IMG/VR virus record: IMGVR_UViG_3300046385_000126
Coordinates: 1-64,000 of that record
Strand: one strand, 5' to 3'
Length of the DNA: 64,000 bases
Source of the DNA: a virus
Taxonomy: Duplodnaviria > Heunggongvirae > Uroviricota > Caudoviricetes
Shown piece after piece: positions 56,012 through 64,000 of this stretch (position 1 is the first letter of the stretch; every line of letters starts with the position of its first letter). The position numbers and the translations under genes are program-made. The notes beneath the pieces were generated by a model that saw only the letters and a list, made by a program, of their open reading frames with translations, was not told the origin of the DNA and did not search any database.

Positions 56012-56836
56012 TTAAAATAAGTTTTTTACCGTCGACGCTGAGCTCAATGCTTGTTGTACGTTGGAAGGACGCTTCAAAGATGAGATTACTTGCACTGCTG
56101 TGCCAATCTTTACCAGCTTTTGTAGTAGAGACAGCTCCTGGATACCGTTGCCCGTATCTGCAATAGGAGGATCTTCTGCGTTTCGTAGTTGTGCGGTTCT
56201 AAAGGTAAACTGCACACTGAATTCCATCATCCCTTCACCACCCCAATCCAGATCGACCTCTGTAATGTTTATAGGGTATGCGCTGATTAAACGGTTGATC
56301 AGGACTTCCTTGCCCTGCTCGTTGTATGTGTTGATATCAATGTCGGTGGCATAGTCTTCTCTGAAATCAACCTCAAATGCTTCCTTAGCGTTGCTGTCAG
56401 TTTGACCATAAAGAGCGCTATAGTCGCCTCTTACAATGTTCTGGATCCAGTTGTAGAAGAATTTGTAGACTTCACCCTTACCATCGCCGATAAACTTGAT
56501 TGTTATATCGTTGTGTTCGATGCCGTATGCAAATTTATCAGAGACGCCATAGCCGTAGCGCTTTACACTGCTCGTTTGAATGTAGTATCCAGGGAGTTGT
56601 GCTGCGTGACCAAAAAGAGATATCTTTGCTGCTGCATCAGCCTTCTTTCCGATCAATACTTTTGGCGCATTGATCGTTACATCGAAAAGGTTTGTTCGAG
56701 CAACAGAGGAGCTTCTTACCTGAGCAAGAAACTCATTCATCTTACCTGATGAGCTACCTTTTGGCTTTTCACCAAAAAGAGATTTAAGTGCTGCCACTGT
56801 TCCGACAGCATTCATTGCTGTATTAAGCAAAGCCAT
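56012..56836 (-). CDS. probable tail tube / baseplate-tube family protein
   Basis: 274 aa, beta-rich. Position in the structural block. Weak resemblance to the gp19/gp48/gp54 tube family. Confidence 0.4.
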   Translation of the reverse strand: MALLNTAMNAVGTVAALKSLFGEKPKGSSSGKMNEFLAQVRSSSVARTNLFDVTINAPKVLIGKKADAAAKISLFGHAAQLPGYYIQTSSVKRYGYGVSDKFAYGIEHNDITIKFIGDGKGEVYKFFYNWIQNIVRGDYSALYGQTDSNAKEAFEVDFREDYATDIDINTYNEQGKEVLINRLISAYPINITEVDLDWGGEGMMEFSVQFTFRTAQLRNAEDPPIADTGNGIQELSLLQKLVKIGTAVQVISSLKRPSNVQQALSSASTVKNLF

Positions 56837-56838
56837 TT

Positions 56839-57441
56839 TTATCCTCGTACTTTATTTCGACTATCTCTATACACTTGCTGCTTCGAGGCACCGACGAATC
56901 GTTCAAGAGGAAGAAACAGCACTCTATCCCATGCATCAGCGGGCACAGAAATAAAGCGTGACCGGACGTGGCTATTTAGGTAGTGCTTTACACATGGAGT
57001 AAAATACTTAAACTTAGATGCGCTGTTCAGAATGTTATAGGACAACTTTAACTTCATTGAATCGTCAAAGTTAAGGTTGTTTGCTAACGAATACAATTGA
57101 TCCATTAGCTTTGCACGGAGCAAAGGTGGAAGGTAGTGCATATTGATACCGTAGAAACCACCCTTTACACGTCGGAAAGGAAAGATAAGTGGGAACTTAT
57201 CATAGTACGGTAGATCTTCTTTTGTTTTAGGGTCGTATGCAAATAGATACATGCGGCCGACTGTAATTTGTGATACTAGACGGTCTTCGGCAATATTGAC
57301 AATACGCTGTGGAGACACTTGCGAAAGCGAACGTGAAGTCTGTTGTGTCAACCACTCAACAGATTTGCTGGTGGCTGTCTTTGGATCCGCTGTAGTATTC
57401 AGCAGGTCCTGATATATCTGTTGTTGTTTAGAGATTGTCAT
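56839..57441 (-). CDS. virion morphogenesis protein (unassigned)
   Basis: 200 aa. Coupled to the downstream gp4-like gene. Confidence 0.45.
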   Translation of the reverse strand: MTISKQQQIYQDLLNTTADPKTATSKSVEWLTQQTSRSLSQVSPQRIVNIAEDRLVSQITVGRMYLFAYDPKTKEDLPYYDKFPLIFPFRRVKGGFYGINMHYLPPLLRAKLMDQLYSLANNLNFDDSMKLKLSYNILNSASKFKYFTPCVKHYLNSHVRSRFISVPADAWDRVLFLPLERFVGASKQQVYRDSRNKVRG

Positions 57442-57881
57442 TAGAATTTAATTCCGAGTTCGTGTTCGGTCATTATTAGAAACGTCCATTTACGGTCAGC
57501 ACAGAATTGTCTAGCCGCTTCCCATTTAGCGCTGTTTATACCCCATGTGTAAACTTCACGGATGTATTGTTTAGTCTGCTTTGTTTGTGGTGTTGGTGCC
57601 TTTGTTTCCTTATAAGGCTTTATTTCCACTACGACTCTTTCTATTTTACCATCAGCGTTCTGCTTTTTCAACAAAAAGTCCGGAAAATATCTATGGATCT
57701 TGTTGTCAATTGGCGAGCGATATGGTATTGAAAACTCCTCACTAGACCATTCCAATACATCTTGGTGGGAGTCTAAATAACCCATAAACTTCAATTCCCA
57801 CCGGCTTCGGTAGATAATGTTTAATGGATCGCCCTGGTATTTTGCAGGATTGCGCGGTTTGAAGAAGCCTTTATAACTCAT
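57441..57881 (-). CDS. gp4-like head completion protein
   Basis: MSYKGFFKPRNPAKYQGDP...YRSRWELKFMGYLD...LEWSSEEFSIPYRSPIDNKIHRYFPDF closely parallels T4 gp4. Confidence 0.7.
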   Translation of the reverse strand: MSYKGFFKPRNPAKYQGDPLNIIYRSRWELKFMGYLDSHQDVLEWSSEEFSIPYRSPIDNKIHRYFPDFLLKKQNADGKIERVVVEIKPYKETKAPTPQTKQTKQYIREVYTWGINSAKWEAARQFCADRKWTFLIMTEHELGIKF

Positions 57882-57894
57882 AGGAAATATTTAT

Positions 57895-58911
57895 ATGTCT
57901 GATCCGTCTGGCTTATATAGCACGGCTTCAACAATTGCGGATAAAATGGGCATTCAAAAGATATCAGACGCACTCAAATCCGGTGTTGGAAAGATATCTG
58001 ATGCTTTAGGTAGCGCTACAAAGAAAGCAACATCGTTTCCAGTAAACGATAAGAAAGCAACCGCACCAACATCTTCGAGCCAAAAGCGCCCGGAAGAAGT
58101 CCGCCCTGTGAAATATCAAGGAGCATTGACGTTCCCTGCTGAGTTGAAATACTTCACGATGTTTACTTTCAAGAAGTATAAACGTGTTGATATTTTCGAA
58201 GATAAAAAGGAATTGTCAGATGTCACCATCATCCTCCCAGTTCCTAGCAACATTTCTGAAAACTTTGGTGTAACATACGACACACCAGCACTGGGACCTA
58301 TTGCTGGTCAGCTTGGTGATACCGCTATTGCGATTGGTCGTGAAATGGCCGGGCAGGGTGGGACACAGGACTTTAGACAGCGTATCCAAGACACCAATGC
58401 TGCGATGGCGAAGCTAAGTGGTGCTCAGGGTGCCTATGTGTTGGCGCGTGGCGCTGTTACGTCTGGTAATGAAACTGGTATTTTGGATCGAGCACTAGGT
58501 GTTATTCCTAACCCTCATCTTGCTACAGTGTTCAGTAACGTGGGGCTACGCCAACATTCATTCTCATACCGTCTGATTCCTTCTAACGCTAAAGAGCTGG
58601 AGACGATCAAGAAGATTATTTATAACTTCAAAACAAGAATGCTTCCAGGTCTATTGAATGACTCAAACTTCCTGTTTACCTTTCCTGCAACATGCGAAAT
58701 TAAAATGATTGCTGGTAACAAAGACATTGTGAAGATGAAAGAATGCGTGCTCGAAAGTTTGAATATCAACTACTCACCAAATGGACCGGCTTTTTTCAAA
58801 ACAGGTGATCCTGTTGAAGTAATTATCGATATGGTATTCAAAGAAGTGAGTGTATTTACTCGTGAAGATGTCGAACCTTTAACAACAATGCAAGACGCAC
58901 CGAACCCATAA
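57895..58911 (+). CDS. baseplate/structural protein (unassigned)
   Basis: 338 aa. First gene of the plus-strand baseplate block. Confidence 0.45.
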   Translation: MSDPSGLYSTASTIADKMGIQKISDALKSGVGKISDALGSATKKATSFPVNDKKATAPTSSSQKRPEEVRPVKYQGALTFPAELKYFTMFTFKKYKRVDIFEDKKELSDVTIILPVPSNISENFGVTYDTPALGPIAGQLGDTAIAIGREMAGQGGTQDFRQRIQDTNAAMAKLSGAQGAYVLARGAVTSGNETGILDRALGVIPNPHLATVFSNVGLRQHSFSYRLIPSNAKELETIKKIIYNFKTRMLPGLLNDSNFLFTFPATCEIKMIAGNKDIVKMKECVLESLNINYSPNGPAFFKTGDPVEVIIDMVFKEVSVFTREDVEPLTTMQDAPNP

Positions 58912-58912
58912 T

Positions 58913-59728
58913 ATGTCTAGTTTCTTTTCATACTTCCCATCGCTGATATATGATGACAAGGCAGTAACAAATGTTATTGCAAAGGTCAAATTCAAAGAAA
59001 GCATTATTCGTAACGCAGCTTTGTTTTATCCATATACCGTTATCGATAATGAACGCCCAGATCAAATTGCTGAGCGGTATTATAATGACTCATCATATGA
59101 TTGGGTGATCTATATGGCTAACGACATTACAGATCCATACTATGAGTGGCCCCGTAGTGATGATGAAGTCAATAATCTTTTGATTACTAAGTTTGGTAAT
59201 GTGGCAAACTCACAAGCACAAATATCACATTATATGATTAACTACACAACTGATGATAGGGTGATATCAACAGCTGCATATGATGCTCTAGCTACAAATG
59301 TCAAGAAATACTGGCAACCAATCATTGGTTACAATGACACGATTATCAACTATCAGCGGAAACCGCTTGATATGTTTGTTGAAACTAATAGAGTGGTAGG
59401 ATTAACTGGTACGTTCAGCAATGTGTATGTAAATGATATCATCACACAAAGCAGTGCTCGTGGAACAGTTGCGTTTGCAAATACAACCAATTTGACTATT
59501 AGACACGTGACAGGAACATTTGCAAACGGATCTATTAGCCAAGGCAATATCACAAACACGACAGTGATTAGTGAAACTATTCCTTTGGATGAGTTTGCGT
59601 ACTGGACTCCTGTGTCTGCTTATGAAGCGGCCCACATGGAAAATGAGAGCCGTAAAACTATCCGTGTGTTATCGCCATCCTACTTAGATGTGGTTGAGCG
59701 TGATATGAAAGAGTTGTTGACAGCATGA
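58913..59728 (+). CDS. baseplate/structural protein (unassigned)
   Basis: 271 aa. Confidence 0.45.
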   Translation: MSSFFSYFPSLIYDDKAVTNVIAKVKFKESIIRNAALFYPYTVIDNERPDQIAERYYNDSSYDWVIYMANDITDPYYEWPRSDDEVNNLLITKFGNVANSQAQISHYMINYTTDDRVISTAAYDALATNVKKYWQPIIGYNDTIINYQRKPLDMFVETNRVVGLTGTFSNVYVNDIITQSSARGTVAFANTTNLTIRHVTGTFANGSISQGNITNTTVISETIPLDEFAYWTPVSAYEAAHMENESRKTIRVLSPSYLDVVERDMKELLTA

Positions 59729-60966
59729 AGCGCGTAGAAAACGGTGACGTTAAGCTCCTTAAATTGGAGATGACGAATAAAAATATCAGCGCCGGGGTCA
59801 ATATACTTGACCAAGTGCAAGGGTTCGATGTGTTTGAAGACATGACGAAACCTACAATGTACGCGTTGTTTTTCATGACGGATTCTATCGGTCTGTTCAC
59901 CTCGTTCCCGATTATTGGTGAAGAGACTATCACCGTTGAGTATGGTACGCCTGGTCTAAAACCAACTCGTCAACAATTTAGATGTTTTGAAGTAGCTAAC
60001 ATTGTTCGTTCAGAAAACGGAAAGCTAATGCACTACATGTTGAAATGTGTAAGTGAGGAACATCTTAACAACGGTACGAATGTCGTAGCTCACAGTTTCA
60101 ATCAGGCGCTGAGCTCTACTGTTAGCGATCTTCTGACAACGTTTTTGAAGACTAAAAAGAAGCTAATTGTAGATGACACTAAGGGAACACAGAATATTGT
60201 ATTCCCAAGAATGGCACCACTGGTAGCAATTGATATGTGCCGCAGACGCGCGGTTAGTATCTCATATGCATCATCATCATATGTGTTTTTCGAAAACCAA
60301 CAAGGGTTCAACTTCAAGACAGTTGAAGGTCTTATCGATGATGGCAAAAAGAGCATCGGCTCTCGTGTGTTCAATTTTAACGAATCGCCAACATCAGATA
60401 AGGAAAGTCAGTTTCTATCAAACCGCACCGTATTGAGCTTTGAAAATATTACGAGCGTTGATACTGTAAGAAACCTTAATGATGGCATGCACTATGCGGT
60501 TGCTGATGTATTCGATATCAAGCAGAAAAAGTTTTCAACAACAACATTTAAACTGAAAGATGCTTTTGGTAAATTCCAAAAGACTAATGACAAAGACAAA
60601 AACGTTAACACTGATGCCTTTGTATCAGAGTTTGCTAGCACATCGCCACGTCGATTCTTTATACCAAAAGACACATCCCGCCCAGATCAGTTTATCGAGG
60701 ACATGCTGCCAGTACGTAACTCATATGTCATGCTGCTGAATCAAAACGTTACACGTATTTTAATTCATGGTGATTCTGGTCTAAAGGCAGGTGATGTAAT
60801 ACGTCTGGAAGCGCCGGAAGCAACTGGTACAACAGGTAAGAAAAAGCAGGATGAAGTATTAACAGGCAACTATATGATTACTAGATTGCGTCACATGGTG
60901 ACAAATAGCACAGTACCTAAACACGAAGTTGTGTTTGATTGTGTACGAGTTGGAGCAGCAACATGA
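59725..60966 (+). CDS. gp27-like baseplate hub protein
   Basis: 413 aa immediately upstream of, and overlapping, the gp5-like spike gene. The size and position match the gp27-gp5 pair. Confidence 0.5.
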   Translation: MKRVENGDVKLLKLEMTNKNISAGVNILDQVQGFDVFEDMTKPTMYALFFMTDSIGLFTSFPIIGEETITVEYGTPGLKPTRQQFRCFEVANIVRSENGKLMHYMLKCVSEEHLNNGTNVVAHSFNQALSSTVSDLLTTFLKTKKKLIVDDTKGTQNIVFPRMAPLVAIDMCRRRAVSISYASSSYVFFENQQGFNFKTVEGLIDDGKKSIGSRVFNFNESPTSDKESQFLSNRTVLSFENITSVDTVRNLNDGMHYAVADVFDIKQKKFSTTTFKLKDAFGKFQKTNDKDKNVNTDAFVSEFASTSPRRFFIPKDTSRPDQFIEDMLPVRNSYVMLLNQNVTRILIHGDSGLKAGDVIRLEAPEATGTTGKKKQDEVLTGNYMITRLRHMVTNSTVPKHEVVFDCVRVGAAT

Positions 60967-61790
60967 CAACAAAGAGCATGGGTACTGAGGGCTTTAGATG
61001 GTTCGTCGGAGTTGTTGAAAATAGAGATGACCCCGAGCAGCTTGGCCGTGTGCAGGTACGTGCATATGGATTTCATGGTGATGAGGTTGATACGCCTACC
61101 AAGGATTTGCAATGGGCAGTATCAATGATGCCAGTGACTACGTCCGGAACCAAGCAAGTTGGTGTTTCGCCTACAGGTATTCAAGTGGGTTCAACAGTAA
61201 TCGGCTTTTTCATGGATGGCAATGAAATGCAAATTCCTGTAATCATGGGAACTTTGTATGGTGCACCTGATAATGTCAATGATATTTCAAAGCTAGCTCT
61301 AGGAGCAATGAGTTTAAACAAGACTCAACTCGGCCCAGAGCCTCCGTCTGCTTACAGTGCGTTTTATCCGTACAACAAAGTAATGCAATCAGAGTCAGGT
61401 CACGTAATAGAGGTGGATGACACACCAAATTACGAACGTCTACACGTGTATCATCGCACTGGCACATACATGGAAGTAGATGCTAGTGGCCAGCGCGTAA
61501 ACAAGATCGTAGGTAATGATTTTGAAATTATCCAAAAGGATAAAACGGTGTATGTGCAAGGCAATGTTGAAGTTGTTGTAAAAGGCAATGTCAATATCAA
61601 AGTGGATGGGTCTTACAACTTAGACGTCAAAGGACCTATTACTATTCAGGGATCCACTATCAACCTGAACAATGGCACAATGGGTGCGGCACGTATTGGG
61701 GATTCTACACTTGATGATGATACAGAAAAGAATGGTCCAGACAACGGTACGATTAATTCTGGTTCCGGCACGGTTATCATAGGAGACTGA
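60939..61790 (+). CDS. gp5-like baseplate spike (OB-fold + beta-helix, no lysozyme domain)
   Basis: N-terminal WFVGVVENRDDPEQLGRVQVRAYGFHG OB-domain signature. C-terminal VxGNVxVxV beta-helix repeats. Confidence 0.6.
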   Translation: MCTSWSSNMTTKSMGTEGFRWFVGVVENRDDPEQLGRVQVRAYGFHGDEVDTPTKDLQWAVSMMPVTTSGTKQVGVSPTGIQVGSTVIGFFMDGNEMQIPVIMGTLYGAPDNVNDISKLALGAMSLNKTQLGPEPPSAYSAFYPYNKVMQSESGHVIEVDDTPNYERLHVYHRTGTYMEVDASGQRVNKIVGNDFEIIQKDKTVYVQGNVEVVVKGNVNIKVDGSYNLDVKGPITIQGSTINLNNGTMGAARIGDSTLDDDTEKNGPDNGTINSGSGTVIIGD

Positions 61791-61791
61791 C

Positions 61792-62220
61792 ATGGCTATC
61801 GTCAGACAAACAGCACAAGACACACTACAAAGTAAACAACCTGAGTTGTTTTCAGACTTCTTAACAGACTTTGACTCTCATCCAGTTAAAAAAGATTTGG
61901 TAAAATACACGAACGAAAACGCCGTCAAACAATCCATAAAGAGTTTAGTGCTCACCAATCGAGGTGAGCGCTTCTTTAACTACTCTTTGGGATGTGATGT
62001 GCGCACAATGCTTTTCGAGCAGTTAACGCCAGCAACAGAGCTTGTTGTGGCAGACCTGATCAAAACGACAATTGAAAATTATGAACCCAGAGCAAGGGTG
62101 ATTGACGTCGCAGCTAGTGGGGATTACGACACAGGGACAGTTTTTGTCACTATTGTTTTCTCAATCATAAATAAACAAGAACCTATAACTCTCGAACTAA
62201 TTCTCGATAGGATCAGATAA
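61792..62220 (+). CDS. gp25-like baseplate wedge protein (GPW/gp25 family)
   Basis: VLTNRGERFFNYSLGCDVRTMLFEQLT...ENYEPRARV matches the conserved gp25 core. Confidence 0.7.
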   Translation: MAIVRQTAQDTLQSKQPELFSDFLTDFDSHPVKKDLVKYTNENAVKQSIKSLVLTNRGERFFNYSLGCDVRTMLFEQLTPATELVVADLIKTTIENYEPRARVIDVAASGDYDTGTVFVTIVFSIINKQEPITLELILDRIR

Positions 62221-64000
62221 ATGGCGAATACCAATATCGACCTAGTTGGACTTGACTTTGCGTCAATGAAGTCAAATCTAAAGTCGTTTCTCAAAAATAA
62301 CACCCAATTCAAAGACATTGACTTCGAGGGATCGAACATCAATGTGTTGCTAGATTTACTGGCATATAACACATACCTAAATGGTTTTTATACCAACATG
62401 GTAGCTAGTGAGATGTTCCTCGACACCGCACAGCTCCGTGACAGTGTCGTGTCTCATGCAAAAGAACTCAACTATACCCCACGTTCGTTTACTGCTGCTA
62501 AAGCAAAAATAACTGTTGACATTACTCCAGCATACGATGTATCGTCCGTTGTGGTTCCGAAATTTACTTCCTTCACTTCTAAAGTAGGATCTAATACATA
62601 TTCGTTTACCACAAATGAAACGTTGGTGGCTACTAATCTGGTGAATAGTAAGTTTACACTAGACGTAGATGTGTACGAGGGTGTTGTAACAACAGAATCT
62701 TTTGTCGTCAATAATCAAAGCACAAGACAGCGTTTTGTTATTTCTAACCCCACTGTTGATGCGTCTATTTTAGATGTTACGGTGTATGAAGACAACGGAC
62801 AGACATCTACAACATTTACACCAGTATCCAAGATTATCAATCTGACGAGCACTTCCCCAGTGTACTTTGTTCAAGCTGCAGAAAACCAACAGTTTGAAAT
62901 TTTGTTTGGTGATGGTGTATTCGGTCGCCGTCCAAAGGACGGCTCTACGGTAGTTGTGCGATACAGAGCATGTTCCGGCGAGTTGCCGAACGGGGCGCTG
63001 CGCTTTATTTCAGACGGACCTATCGACGGACACTCATCTGTAGCTGTTACAACAGTCAGTGCTGCTACTGGTGGTGCTGTTGCTGAAACGGTCGAATCCA
63101 TTCGCTTCAATGCTCCACGTTCTTTCCAATCACAAAACAGAGCAGTTACATCTTCTGACTATGAAACATTGTTGTTGACCAAGTTTCCTGAGATCCAATC
63201 AATCAGTGTTTACGGTGGTGAAGAAGCAGACCCACCACAGTACGGTCGTGTGTTTGTTTCCGTTGACGTTGCAGATGCTGACGGTGCACCACAGTCCCGT
63301 AAAGATGTGTTCTATGATTATATCAAAGACAGAACGCCGCTGACGATCGATGTCAACTTCGTAAACCCAGACTTTTTGTATGTCCGGGTACAGTCTGATG
63401 TTTTGTATGATGTTACAAAGACAAGCAAAACGACGGCAGATATTAAGTCGCTTGTTCAAGCATCCATCAGTGATTACAACAACGTAGAGCTCGAAGATTT
63501 CAAGACGACATTATTCTATAGTGCATTGTGCAGTGCAATCGATGGTGCCGATTCAAGTATCCTTTCTAATGATACAACGTTGACTGTGATTAAGCGTGTA
63601 GCTCCTAAGCTAGGTCAATCAACAGATATCAACTTTAGTATCGGTAATGCTCTATCAACTGAAACAGGTAAAAAGTTGAACGTCAGTGAGGCTCACTACG
63701 GCCACACTCTTACAACCACAACTTTTACATACCAGAACGCATCATGTACCTTGGTAGACGATACCTTGGGTAATGTTTTTGTTGCTGCACAGCAAGCTGA
63801 CTCTATTCAAATTATTAAGAAGGTCGGTAATATTGATTATATCACAGGCAAGATCGCAATATCTGGTTTAAATATTGCTGCTTATTCTGGTTCATACATT
63901 GAGTTCAGACTTAAAACTGCATCAAAAAATATCAGCAGTTTGAAAAACATGATTATTAAGATTGATCCTGCAGATGTAACTGTTAACGTTGCCGGCGCTA
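62221..64000 (+). CDS. gp6-like baseplate wedge protein (baseplate J family), truncated at the window end
   Basis: Open frame from ATGGCGAATACC continues to the window end. MANTNIDLVGLDF...NVLLDLLAYNTYLNGFY is typical of gp6/gpJ. Confidence 0.5.
   Translation, partial: MANTNIDLVGLDFASMKSNLKSFLKNNTQFKDIDFEGSNINVLLDLLAYNTYLNGFYTNMVASEMFLDTAQLRDSVVSHAKELNYTPRSFTAAKAKITVDITPAYDVSSVVVPKFTSFTSKVGSNTYSFTTNETLVATNLVNSKFTLDVDVYEGVVTTESFVVNNQSTRQRFVISNPTVDASILDVTVYEDNGQTSTTFTPVSKIINLTSTSPVYFVQAAENQQFEILFGDGVFGRRPKDGSTVVVRYRACSGELPNGALRFISDGPIDGHSSVAVTTVSAATGGAVAETVESIRFNAPRSFQSQNRAVTSSDYETLLLTKFPEIQSISVYGGEEADPPQYGRVFVSVDVADADGAPQSRKDVFYDYIKDRTPLTIDVNFVNPDFLYVRVQSDVLYDVTKTSKTTADIKSLVQASISDYNNVELEDFKTTLFYSALCSAIDGADSSILSNDTTLTVIKRVAPKLGQSTDINFSIGNALSTETGKKLNVSEAHYGHTLTTTTFTYQNASCTLVDDTLGNVFVAAQQADSIQIIKKVGNIDYITGKIAISGLNIAAYSGSYIEFRLKTASKNISSLKNMIIKIDPADVTVNVAGA

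Noticed and set aside
1-64000. Integrase/attachment site or prophage boundary associated with the tRNA cluster
   Set aside because: No integrase, recombinase or transposase-like ORF was recognised anywhere in the window. tRNAs are arrayed as in lytic T4-like phages rather than serving as att sites.

Overview
This window looks like part of a large T4-superfamily myovirus genome. The nadV/natV pair recalls KVP40-like vibriophages, but that is inference only, since no search was run. Four blocks are visible. (1) Positions 1-29,000 on the plus strand hold a dense run of small early-type ORFs. Recognisable among them are an AAA ATPase, a macro-domain protein, a bifunctional NMNAT/Nudix (NatV-like), a nicotinamide phosphoribosyltransferase (NadV-like) and a Cys-based protein phosphatase. 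Several copies of a sigma70-like promoter with a conserved leader are interspersed. (2) Positions ~31,800-42,950 form an accessory island, mostly on the minus strand. It encodes a B12-type radical-SAM enzyme, two PP-loop ATPases, a desaturase-like membrane His-box protein, a TctC-like periplasmic binding protein and a sulfotransferase-like protein. It also carries a TROVE/vWA (Ro60-like) protein flanked by tRNA-like RNAs, and a metallophosphoesterase. (3) Positions 43,038-49,771 hold a minus-strand array of about 35 tRNA and tRNA-like genes. Embedded in it are a GroES-like co-chaperonin, several circularly permuted tRNA-like units, conserved spacer motifs and structured noncoding stretches. 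(4) Positions 50,900-64,000 carry replication and morphogenesis genes: a SleB-like cell wall hydrolase, a gp59-like helicase loader, a gp32-like SSB, a minus-strand block ending in a gp4-like head completion protein, and a plus-strand baseplate block (gp27-, gp5-, gp25- and gp6-like). All calls come from reading the sequence and the ORF translations, and no database search was possible. Anticodon and coordinate assignments for the tRNAs were folded by hand, may be off by 1-3 nt, and would need tRNAscan/Infernal confirmation.
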